From assembly GCA_012295275.1 (NCBI GenBank), contig CM022670.1, positions 36,642,001-36,706,000 on the forward strand: DNA of 64,000 nt. The letters run 5' to 3'. This document shows, in pieces, positions 26,360 to 39,346 of this stretch. The translations under genes and the position numbers were made by a program. The notes below the pieces were generated by a model, which saw only the letters and a list, made by a program, of their open reading frames with translations, was not told the DNA's origin and searched no databases. The stretch's first letter is position 1; the number at the start of each line of letters is the position of its first letter. This stretch comes from Chrysomallon squamiferum (lineage: Eukaryota; Animalia; Mollusca).

Positions 26360-29300
26360 TGGAATGTTCAAGAAAAATACAAAATTTATGTGAAAATATT
26401 TTGAAAACAGTTTCTTTTGAGATGAAACTTTTTTTAATTCCCTTCTACTTAGAGAACAAGTAGCCATTAATAAGACAGTGAACTCAAATTATCCTGTGAT
26501 CCTCTACACACACATCCAAGGGTTAAGTAGTTACAACTGGCAGAACGTTTTGTTACAGAGTTTTAGTAATTTTAATTATGAGAATCAAACTTTATTCATC
26601 ACTCCCTGTTGATTTTATATTTCTTAGATGAATTATGAAAAGTAAAATTTATAATTTTGTAGTGATTACTAGTACCATTATTATTAAAAGCAGGCGTTAA
26701 ATGGAGACACATGAATAAAAAACATATTTATACATCTCTTTTGATTTATAAAATTTCCAGCAGTGCTTCTTTACTTTCATTTTTTAATTGAACAGTGGCA
26801 TATAGTTTAGCTGGGTTTTTTTGTATTTATTTTTTTAAGTTCTTTTACAAAAAGTGACTGGAAACATGTTTGACTGCTTCCAACCAATGGAATCGCACAA
26901 AAAGTGACTCCTAATGCCTACACATTTTGATGATAAAATGCCTCTAAACCTTCATTCTTTATTCTTTTGTACGTAAAAGAAATAAGAGAAAGAAACATTA
27001 TTTCAACTTTGTAATATTACTGAATTATCAGGTCACTTATTTTTATTATTATTTAATTTTTATCTTTGCCTCATATCTTTTTAATAGATGATTTAAACTG
27101 TAAAAAAAAAAATTAGAAAAAACTTTTTAAAAATTAACATAGAAACTTAATATTTCAAAATATTTTATCAAATACATTCCAAACATTGCACTGTTTGTTC
27201 ATATTTTTTAGTATATATTTATTTATTTTAATGTATTTGCTATTTATGAATACATATATACACATTTACAAAACATAAATTGTTGTGACAGAACAAAACA
27301 CCAATAACGTATAGTGATTAAAATGATTATTAAACATTTATTTATATTTATCATAATTTACTATATTTTAATAATTTATACAACTTTGATACTTTCTTGC
27401 TTTATTATGTTCATATTTTGGTGGAAGTGATTTTACTGATCATATATTTTTCACATATTATAATGTACTGCTTGAGAAGACAGAATAGTTGATCAGTTAC
27501 TAAAAGAATATTCAGGCCAGATATCATATGTATGTATTACTAAATAATATTAATTTTAAACAACACTATAGATTTAACATCAATTGGTACTATTAATATT
27601 CCACAGTTCTCCTGATGTTTGGCCAAGTATTCTTTTTAAAAAAAGAAATAATTTCATTTTCTTTTTATTTATTTATTTAAAAACATTTTATATGTACATT
27701 TGTATTCTTGTATTTCATCATGGAAAAACAAATCAAAACTATTATTAAATGATAAAATGTATTATTTTTAAAAAAAATAAATATTAGATTTTCAGAATAA
27801 TATAATAGTTAATACTTTCTATATGATATTGCAAAATTCTTAAATTAATAGTACTTTTTATTTATTTATTTGGATTTAGGATGCTTGACATGATTATTCA
27901 ACAGTGAAATTTATTACAATTTTGAATGCCATTTATTTTTTTAAATATATTTTATTTAATTTTATGATATATACACTGAAAAGATAAACCTAATCATGTT
28001 TTTATATTAGAATATTAGTGAATATTAATAATTATTTCTCTTAATATATTCCAAAAGTTTGGTTAAATTGCAAGTTGTTATAAATTTAGGTTTATGTATT
28101 TGGTATTAAATGTTTCAATGTTAGAACATAAAGTTTCTAAGGAAGAAATGATTAAAATATTTACATATTTAAATTTTCGAAAATATCTTTTATGTCACAA
28201 TTATTTACTATTTGTAGATTTCATTAAAAATAAACCTTTTAATTTTAGTTTAATAGTTGCCTAATATTTACATTTTCAAATCTGTTATTTTAGCAGTTTG
28301 TTTTAAAAATATTTGTAACTGCACAATGAATGAAAGATGAATTTACATTTTTGGAATATTGAGTTATATAAATATTATAAAGAAATCTGATTTCATCAGC
28401 TTCATTTTGACACCACTCCATTTTCAAAGTTTGTTTGATTGCAGAGATATGTTAAATATTGGTAATCATCGAAAAAAGTGGCCAAATTTCTTCAGTCTGC
28501 TATTTTCATTTCACATTTTGGAGATAATGAGTTATGTAAACATTCATATTTCTTAAGTCTTAAGCTTGTCACTCTTTTTGCCACAACCTGCATAATTGCA
28601 AAGGTTTGCTGAATTTTCATAGCTGACTTCTGATTTCAAAAACAGAAATGCTTGATTTGTTATGTTTACAAAATCTCTTATTTCAAGAATGAAATCTATG
28701 ATTTTTGTTTTTTGATGAATGAACCGTGACTTAATTGCTGATTCAGTTTGCAGGATCCAGTGTGTTTGAAGTAATTAGACTGGCACTGTTACAAATACAT
28801 ACAAGAAAAATAACATTCTATATCAAATGACCTGACTCTGGTTTTATGTCAAAGTTGTTCTTTTTTCACATGCACACTTGATAACGTAGGGTCTATGAAT
28901 AACTTAATTTGTTTTTTATAGAAAGACAGTAATAAAATTTGGCTAGTCTTTGTATATTTTATAATATTCAGATGTTATTATATAGTTGTATTAACATTTT
29001 TAAATGTATCTTTTACATAATACATAGTTTTCATAAATAAACTTTTATATGGCATTTCATGTTTTTGATTCTTCATTCTCATTTCAGAAAAAAATAATAA
29101 TTATAAAAAATACATTGCATTCTGATTAACTGAAACACCTATGCAACAAGTGAAAATACATTTATTATAAAATTCATCTTTTTAAGCCATCATAAGTCAA
29201 ATTTTCTCTTTAAGTTCAACCTCTCTTCACTGATTTTGAATCTTTGTCACAAAATGTAATTCGCCGATGACTCATTTTTAATCATTTTAATATTACGTAT

Positions 29301-29497
29301 CTAGTTTCATTCATCTCATTAAGGAGCATTGTTTTAGACAAAAACTTTAACGATACAAGATACTTTATAAATAATAATAAAACAAATCTATAAAAAATTC
29401 CATATTAGTAAAACACTATAAAAACATTTTTTTTTTAGTAGTCAGCCATAATTTGAAAACTGTTAAACATGAATAATTGATCACTGCCCATTAACCT

Positions 29498-30348
29498 TTA
29501 AACAAATTCAGTATTAATATATCGGATTTTATAGAAAATAAATAGTGACAAGAGGAATAATAACATAAGAATAAAGGAACTTAGCTCAAAATCGGTCTTA
29601 GTTCTTTGTATTTCACTTTCCAGTTGTTGCTCATATTCTTCCCTGCTTAGTGTGTCCGAAACAGGAGTCAGTTTGTTCAGTTCATCTTAAGAAAATACAG
29701 AAAAAAAGAAGAAAAAAGTGTTTTCGCACACACAAACACACATACAGAGAGAAAATAAACAAAAACAAAAATTTAACTTAGTAAGTGAAAGAAGAAAAAC
29801 TCAACAAAATAATAATAATAAAATTAAATAAATTAAATAAATCATATATGACAATTTCCTCTTACATTTTTGCCACTCAATATTATGTTGTTGTTATTTT
29901 GTCGTAACGAAGCTTCTGTCATCTCAAAAGTTATGTATAATTTCATGTTTTTTTTTTTTTTTTTTTTTTTCTTCTCGTGGAACAGATCATGATTCCCTTT
30001 CAGAATAAAAAGAAAAAAGTAATAATAATAACAAAAATATGCATAATCTTACCTGACAGTATGTTAGCAAGATGATTTTGACCTGATTTGGTCAAAGCTT
30101 CCACCAAGCAGTCGAAAGCTTTCTCTCCAAACAGAGGAAGGGTGTCGACGAGACGTCGAAACTTTTCTATTCTTGTCTCTGGACTGAGAATGTAATCAAC
30201 ATCACAAAGTGACAACACAGCTTTGTCACGCAGGTATATCACTACATATTCTACAAATATGTCCTTTGCAAGTCTGCTGTATGCCTTTTCAATAGCTGTG
30301 CTGTGATCAGGAGGCATTAAACCATCTTTGCAAAAAAAGAAAAAAAAA

Positions 30349-30406
<58 letters not shown>

Positions 30407-33400
30407 GTAATAATTATAATAATAATAATCAGATTTATGTTAAATAACACAAGAAAAAAGAAAGTAATTAGACAAACTAGCAACAAATGTATTTCACTGG
30501 TAATAAACAAGTCTTACCGTAGAATGGACAGATAGATAATCTTTGACAAGCGGAAATCAAATCAGCGATGGACTGACGTTTTGTTCCATTCGTACAGCAC
30601 CTCCCAGAAAACTTTTCCATTTTCTTCATTAACTATTTTCTGCACTGTACAGCTGTTTAAGCCTAGAGCTAAACCAAACTTCATGACTTTATCTTTGTCG
30701 TCTGGAAAAGCACGTGAATAATTAATTAAAACAAAGAAAAAATTATAAATAAACAACAACGACAAGTACCAAGAAAGAAAAAAAAAAAAAAATAGAACAA
30801 ACAGCAACAGAGTTTATAGCACCCAATAAACAAATTAATAAATATAAATTATATCAAATACAGAGAAACGATGTAGCAACATATCAAAATGAAAAGGTAA
30901 TAATAATCTATAGTGTTGTTATCATTACTGTGTGGCTTATGATTCCATTACTGCTGATTATTATTTGTTTAGTTGTAACACACATTTATTTATTTTTTAT
31001 TTATTTATTTTTTTGAAATGGAAACGTTTGGTTTCGTAACTGATTCTAAACATACCGATGTTTTTTTCAATTCAATATGCAAATCCTAAAATATGTGCAG
31101 GCAGATAGTTCCGATTCTCATTTGATCGTTTACTTTCCTCCTTTGCCAAAGTCAGCAGTTCTGTTAACTTGCTGCTAGTAGTTTCTGTTGATGCCAGCAA
31201 ACTACGTACTAATCTAGCACATTCGTCTTGTTTGTTCAAAACAGAAGATATATTAATTTCGTGTACCTGAAATTAAATTTGAACAAATGAAATTAATATT
31301 TTCCGTTGTATAAAGGAAACCTCCCACTAGCTTTCTTCGATTGAAAATAAATGCTTTATTACTGATATTTGATTCCAGATTTTTCTCTTTATTTACTGCT
31401 GTAGTAACATCATACAGTAAATTATTGGTTTAAAAGTCAACAAGTCAACTGACTTCATTTTTAGCATATACTAATTCCATTAGTTCTAAAGTAAACTTTT
31501 TGTTTGTGTCGTCCCTAATTTATTTCACGTACAGGCTTTCATCGTGTAATTGTTTAGTGATCCTAACTGTATATCATTTCTATAAAACATCACTATTGAT
31601 TATGGCAAAGGACCTTTTACAAAAAAAAACAAAAAGAAAAATAAAGTATTAAATTTTACATTAAAAATAGTGAGCATATAAAATTGAAAAGAATAAACTT
31701 ATAGAACTATAACATTAAAATATTATCCTTTTTAAACGTTTATGACTTAAAGTGTTTCGGCAACAGTGGACAACACTTCAAATATGTGAGTCTGTTAAAT
31801 CGAGATGCTACTGTATTTGTGTTACTTTATGAGCTTATTGAGACAGAATCAGAGAAGCACATACATACGCATATACATATTACCGAGGAAAAACATATTA
31901 ACAGATAAAAAATATAATATTTTTACTTCAGCAGATGACTAAATTGTTTCATTTCATTCTCCAACGATTTACATACTATTGATTAAGGTTTCCGTTTCTG
32001 AATATTTATTATTAATAACAAAACCGAGAATACAAGATTCATGACGTTATCATACATAGTGTTGACCGATCTGCACAAGATAAACATAAGTGCATGCAAA
32101 TGCACCGGAAGTACAATAAAAGTAACTAACTAAACAAACAAACAAATAAATAATGTTACTGTTGCGACTATTAAAATTAAAAGCGATAATAATAACTAAC
32201 TAAATAAGTACTGCTATTAACGTTGTATTTGATTTGTTGGTAGAAAATAAAAGTAGTTTAAAAAATTGACAATTATTATATTTTTACTTACTCTCATCCA
32301 AAGGTGACTGTGAGATTTCACTTCTCTTGCTAAGACTTGTTCCAGTGTTTTGCATTGTTGCTTCATCATTTCTATTTCTTTCATTGTGTCATTCCCTATC
32401 CTGTCTCTAGCAAAATGTACTTCTACTTTCTCAAGAACATCTAAAGACCTCTTCTTGAACTCATCCACGGTGCAAAACATCTAAATGAAATGAATAGTTT
32501 CCATTATATAAACGAAAACAAAATTTGTCAGCAACCTTTGTCAGTAGAAAATATATGACTTATTAATAATCTTTGATTCCAGATTTTTCTCTTTGTTTCT
32601 GTAGTAAAAATTATACAGTAAATTTTCGATTTGACGCTATTCTAATAATTGGCAGAGTATTATTTTGTTGTCACTCTTTGTTTCGAGCTACAACAGGTCG
32701 TCAAAAATAATAACTTTCAAGCATAAAGTATTTTTAGACCATTTATTCGTACCATCAAATGTACTCTTTAAGTTATTTTGATGCAGATACTTACAAATGC
32801 ATCAGACACGCGCATGACAATAAGAAAAAAAAACGATAATAATAAAACAAAATCATTACACTTTTACTTACTTCCATCAATAGATGACTGTACTGTTTCC
32901 TTTCATGGGACTCTTCTGCCCCTTTGAGTTGTTCTGTCAATATCTTCATTGCATAATCTAGTTTTTCTTTCAGACTCTCATCCCGTTTATTGTCTGCATC
33001 AATTTTTTTTCCCGAGTCTCTCTAATGTATCAAATAACATCTTCTCGAATCTGTTTTCCAGAGTTGAAACCAAACTGTGCCCGGCGTCGTACAGAATCTG
33101 ATCTGCAGCATCCTTCTTTCTGAGTTTGTCTTCAGTTTCTTTCAGTCTGGCAGACAGATCTCTTATTGTCGCTTGTTCTTCTTGCAAACGAAGATTGCAG
33201 TTCTCATGGACGTCTCGTTGTAATTCTGTTGTGACTTGGCTTTCAGTGAAAGAACACCGTGTTTCCTGCGTCGGTCCGGAAACAATTGTTGGTAGGTTTG
33301 TTTGATTGGGAGTAGCTGCATGTTTTAGGTATTCTAATTCCAATCTCAGTTTTCTGTTTTCACTCTGCATTGTGTGAACTAGTTGTGGTGCCTCAAGGTA

Positions 33401-33505
33401 ATTTTCAAGTTTATTTATTACTTTGTTAGTTGATTCACAAATGTTTTGCTTGTCTTCACAATTGTCCTTTTTTCTTTTCCTTTTGCGAAATGATCTTCCA
33501 AACAT
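29498..33505 (-). pseudogene. Coiled-coil-DD-CARD-TM gene copy C (divergent N-terminus, disrupted)
   Basis: Exons 32872-33505 (+1 A in the A8 run at 33003-33010), 32292-32480, 31056-31266 (TGA at 31072-31074 where B and D have CGA), 30518-30701 (184 nt, same 2-nt deletion as A), 30053-30325 (CARD), 29498-29685 (TM tail). Confidence 0.82.
30053..30325 (-). CDS. CARD-encoding exon, copy C
   Basis: 273-nt exon with the same translation as copy A. Confidence 0.85.
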
Positions 33506-34681
33506 TATAATATACTGTAGTAACGGTATTTATCAGTCAAAGAAACTGAAAATTTGTTTTTTTCAGTATATTTATCAAGCTTTTCCTATTATAAAAATAG
33601 CAAATCAAATATTATTTAAAACAATAATGGCAATGATTTTTTTCTGTGATGATCATCATAATAATTATAAAAATGATGATGACGATTATGATGAATCACC
33701 TGTATAAATAAACATGATCTAACAAGATAAATAAAAAAGTGTTATTCCCGGAGACACATTGATTTTTATCTTTACTGCAAACACCAATTCACTGATAACG
33801 TGTCATCTGTGACTATCTACTAACACATATATTTGCAGTAATCTGTTAAATCATGTACAGCAGTGTGGGTAATCTTTGTTTATTTGATTATATATGAAAT
33901 GATGAAAGTTTTGTTTGAATTGTCAGAAACTGAAAAACTATGAATTTTTTCTTGATAACTCAAAGATGATGTTGCGTCCTAATTGCTGATTCAGTTTGCA
34001 GCGTCCAGTGTGTTTCAAGTAATTAGACTGGCACTGTTACAAATACATTCAAGAAAAATAATATTCTATATCAAATGACCTGACTCTGGTTTTATATCAA
34101 AGTTATTCTTTTTTACATGCACACTTTATAATGGTGTGTCTATGCATAACTTAATTTATATAGTTGAATTAACATTTTTAAATGTATCTTTTGCATAATA
34201 TATTATTTTAATATACAAAAAATTATATGGCATTTCATGTTTGTCATTTCAGAAAAAACTAAATTTATAAAAATACATTGCATTCTGATTAACTAAAGAA
34301 AAAAATCCCACAACAACGTGAAAATACACCTATTATATGGTTCATCAGTATAAGACATCATAAGTCAAATTTTCACCTGAAATTCAACCTCTTTATCATT
34401 TTTGTATATTGATTTTGAATCTTTATCAGAAATGTTAATTCACCCACTCAATACCTAGTTTCATTCAGCTCATTAAGGAACATTCTTTTAAACAAAATTT
34501 CTATGTACAAGATACATCCTGGTAAATAAAAAATAAAACACTTCTATAAAAATTCTATAATTAGTAAAACATGATAAAAAATTAATACTTTTTTGGCAAT
34601 CGTTCATAAACTGGAAACTGCAACAGGTGGTAGTTAATCACTGATCATTGCCCATTAACCTTTAAAAAATTCAGTATTATT

Positions 34682-35510
34682 TTACCAAATTTTGTAAAGG
34701 ATAAATAGTAGCAATTGCAGTAATAATATAAGAATAAAGGAACTTAGGTCAAAATCGGCCTCATGGCTTTCATTCAAACTGTGAAATTCATCATCAGTTG
34801 TTATTTCACGTTGCAGTGTTTGTTCCAATTCTTCCCTGTTTAGTGTGTTCGAAACAGAAGTCAGTTTCTTTAATTCATCTGAAGAAAATTATTTTAAAAA
34901 AAAGGAAAAAAGTGCACACACACACTAAAAGGAAAACGCAAACTGAATTTAATAAGTGAAAGAAGAAGAAAAAAACCGGAATAAATATAAGATATAACTA
35001 AATATATTAAAAAATTATAATATAATTAATTAAATAAATCGTATATGACAGTTTCCTCTTACATTTTTTTCCAGTCTATAATTTATTATTGTTATTTTGT
35101 CATAACGAAGCTTGTGTCATTTTAAAAGTTATGTATAATTCCGTTTTATAGTGATCGTCGACCAGATTGTGTTTCCCTATCAGAATATTAAGAAAAAATT
35201 AATAATAATAAGAGAATATGCATAATCTTACCTTTCAGTATGTCAGCAAGATGATTTTGACCTGATTTCGTCAAAGCTTCCACAAAGCAGTCGAAAGCTT
35301 TCTCTCCAAACAGAGGAAGAATGTCGACGAGACGTCGAAACTGTGCTATTCTTGTCTTTGGACTGAGAATGTATTCAACATCAGTAGGTGTCAACACAGC
35401 GTTGACACGCAGGTATATTACTAAAGGGTCTACAATTACTTTTTCTGTAAGTCTGCTATATGCCTTTTCTATAGCTTTGCTGTGATCAGGAGGCATTAAA
35501 CCATCTTTGA

Positions 35511-35560
<50 letters not shown>

Positions 35561-37135
35561 TAATAATAATAATAATAAATAGTTTAGAAAATAATAATAA
35601 TTGTTTTAAAAAAGAAAACGGTAAGAATTTGTGAACATTCTACGATTCTTGCTATATTCTGTTTTACAATCTCTTTGAAAAAAACCTGAAATAGTCTCAA
35701 TGGAAAAAACAACAACAAGAAAAAATGTTTTCTAATAGTCAGATTTATGTTAAATAACACATGAAAAATAGTAATTAGAAGAAACGAGCAACAAATATAT
35801 TTCACTGATAATAAGCCAATCTTACCGGACAATGAACTGATAGATAATCTTTGACAAGCGTTAATCAGAACAGCGACAGACTGTGACGTTTTGTTCCATT
35901 TGTACAGCACCTCCCAGAAACCCATACCACTTGCTTCATTAACTATTTTCTCCACTGAACTGCTGTTTAAGCCAAGACGTTTACCGAACTGCTTGACTTT
36001 ATCTTTGTCGTCTGCAGAAGCTGGTGAATAATTCATTAACACAAACAAACAATTATAAATAATCAAAAACGACAACCCACTGAAAAAAAAAAAAACATTC
36101 AGCAACAATGTCGACAACCAAATGAATAAATGAATAAATAAATAAATATAAATTAAATCAAATACTGAGAAACGCTGTAATAAAATATCAAAATGAAAAG
36201 GTAATAATAATATATAGTGTTATCATCATTACTACATGGCTTGTGATTCGATTATTGCTGATTATTATTAATTATTTTGTTGTGACACACATACACACAC
36301 ACACACACACACTTTTTATTGTTGTTTTCTTAAGTTTAAATTTTTTAGTCTCGAAGCTGATTCTAAACATACCAAACTCTTTTTCAATTCGAAATGCAAG
36401 TCCTAAAATGTGTGCAGGCAGATGGCTGCCATTCACATTTGATCGTTTGCTTTCCTCTGCCAAAGTCAGCAGATCTGTTAACTTGCTGCTGGTATTTTCT
36501 GTTGATTCCCGTAAACTACGTATTGCTTCCTTATATTCTTCTTGACTTTTCAAAACAGATGTATTAATTTTGTTTAGCTGAAATTAAATATGAACAAATG
36601 TGATTAATATTTTCCATAATATACACGTAGACGGAAACTTTTAATAGCTTTCTTCGTTAGAAAATAAATGCTTTATTACTGATCTTCGATTCCAGATTTT
36701 TCTCTTTATTTACTGCTGCAGTAACATCATACAGTAAATTCTTCGTTTAACGTCAACATGTCAACTGACTTCATTTTTAGCAGACTATTTCCATTAGATC
36801 TAAAGTAAACTTTTTATTTCTTGTAAAGTGTATAGGGTTAGGGTTTCTCCATTATTTCATCGACAGAGGTCCGCATCTTAGAAATTGTTTTTACCCCTTT
36901 GGCTGGAGTTATAGCCTTTACTGGCTCCTTCTGCTTCAGAATGGTACATATCGTTAAAGTACTACGCTCGTACTGCCTAGCCAAGTCGACTATATGCACA
37001 CCTCTCTCATGTTTTTCGGATATTGTGTTGTTCGTTGCGCCAACTAACGGCGGCGTATCTGAAGCTAGCTCGTAACTCGGATATTGACTCGCAACTCCAA
37101 GCAAAAATGGACCGCTGTTTTATTATTTATTTATC

Positions 37136-37181
<46 letters not shown>

Positions 37182-37197
37182 TATTTATGTATTATTG

Positions 37198-37262
<65 letters not shown>

Positions 37263-39308
37263 AAGATCACATTAAAAAATCCGGCAACCTCCGGACGTGA
37301 AAAGTGACGGATTTTCAAAAATGCCGGATATTTTATGGTTATATATGCTGTGTATATATAACAGAAAATTAGTACCTGTTTAGTCCTTTAAAGAAAGAAA
37401 ATTAAACACTAAATGGAAAGCAAATGAAATTTTAATGTTCACCTACTAAATAAAATAGTTCTACAGAATTTTAATTCAACTAAATAAAATAGATCCTCAG
37501 AATCTGAATTTAGAAAAATCTCAGAATTTTAATTCAACTAAATAAAATAGTTTCTCTGAATTTTATTCATTACTGTACCCTCGAAAAGAAGCTAAATAGC
37601 AGGATCAGCATCTTCATCACTGACATTGACAATATTCTCAGCAATAGGAACATGTTGATGGTGGTTGCACATCTGGTTGACTTGAAGTTGATGGCAGTGG
37701 TTTATCAAGTGTGGACACTGCCCCTGCTTCTTCCTGCTTCTAGCTATTTTCGGACTTTTAACCGAATCTACAATTTCAGAATCAGTGTAATGATGAACTG
37801 TAGGCACATTGTCATCAACATCCATCCAATCTTTAAAAGATCTTCATTTATCCTTCATGAAAGCTTCTTGGCATCAGGATTAGTTACATCTTTAATATAA
37901 GCAATAACTTCCTGTAAAAGCTGCTTTTCTTTGGAAACCCTAAACCCTCCAAAATTATTTTCTGTTACTTCGTTAGAATGAGAAGTAAACATTAAACTTG
38001 GCCACAATTTATGCCATCCATTTTTCAATGTTGATATTTTCACAGACTTCCATGAATTGGCAACACAGTACACTGCATCCGTAATGTTGAATTCGTTTAT
38101 GAATTCTGAACTGAGGTGCCTGAATTAAGTGAACTCGCTAGGCGCCTCATTAACAGGGATCGATACCATTGTCCTGTGGTTGAATTAGTGATGTGCAGTC
38201 GGATGGGAGGTAGACAACAAAAACATTATCTTTTGGAAGTGCCGAACAATTATCTAAAATAAGAAATATCTTGCATTTAGGGTATACTCCAACTGTATTA
38301 CAGTGTGTCCTAGCCCCAGGAACAAAACATTTTTGAAACCAATCCAATGTAATATCAGTGGTAACCCACCCCTTCTTGTTGGCACGGTAATAGACAGGAA
38401 ACTGTGTCATTCCCTCGAAGGCCCATGGATGTAAACTTTTCCTGATAACAAGCGACTTACATCTATGGATACCCGCAGCATTAGAGCAGCTCATTACGGT
38501 GACGCGATTCTTCGATGGCGATTCTGCATTCTTAATTGTCACAGTTCTTTTTGGTGTACATCTCCAAAACAAGGCAGTCTCGTCAGCATTGTACACTTGT
38601 TTAGGACGTAAATGTTCATCACTTACTAATATTGCAAATCATCCACAAATGCACTAGCCGCATCTTTTTCAGCTGAACGTTTTTTTTTACCACACACACC
38701 GCACGAAGCTGTAAGCAATGTCGCGACTTGAAACGATGCAGCCAACCTTCTGAATATTCATACTTGTGTTGCAATCCCAGCTCTTCGTGAAACACTTTGC
38801 CTTGTTCCTTTAATAATTCACCAGAAATTTCCACACCTTCACTTACACGAAGATTAAACCAGATTATGAGAACTGGATCCAGTTCCTAACTTTTCCCTCC
38901 ATCATTGACTTCCTTATAAACATCTGCTTTTTTGATCCACTAACAGTTTTTCTTTCTGTTTTTTAACATCTTACACTGTTGAAGGAGGCAGTGTCGTATG
39001 TTTCACAAATGGTTTGCACAGACACGTCGATATTATTATTTTATTAGCATTTCCAGTTTCTCTGCGATCGACAACACACGATGTTTACGTTTTAGGCCAC
39101 CTCTTTTTTTTTCTTTTTTTTGCTGAATGCATAATGGTGTTGTACAGCAGCAAATAAATGATAAAATGAGAAGGAATGAGCAGGAATAACTGTTAGCAGG
39201 TGCAAGCAAGACCCAACAGCTGATTCTGGAGTACAGAACCATAAAAACTCAAACAGCGCCTCCAGAAAACAGTGGCGCGCCAACAAGGTAAATCCATGCC
39301 GGAAATCT

Positions 39309-39346
<38 letters not shown>

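Larger units (their letters stand above)
22312..30955. repeat. Right arm of the large inverted segmental duplication (partner 1-8522)
   Basis: Reverse complement of 1-8522. The CARD ORF 30000-30317 translates identically to 623-940. Confidence 0.95.

Noticed and set aside
30518-30701. Rescue of copies A/B/C by skipping the frameshifted phase 1-1 Death-domain exon
   Set aside because: Skipping would keep the frame, but C has an upstream TGA (31072-31074) and B has upstream and downstream stops. It cannot be tested for A because its 5' exons are outside the window.
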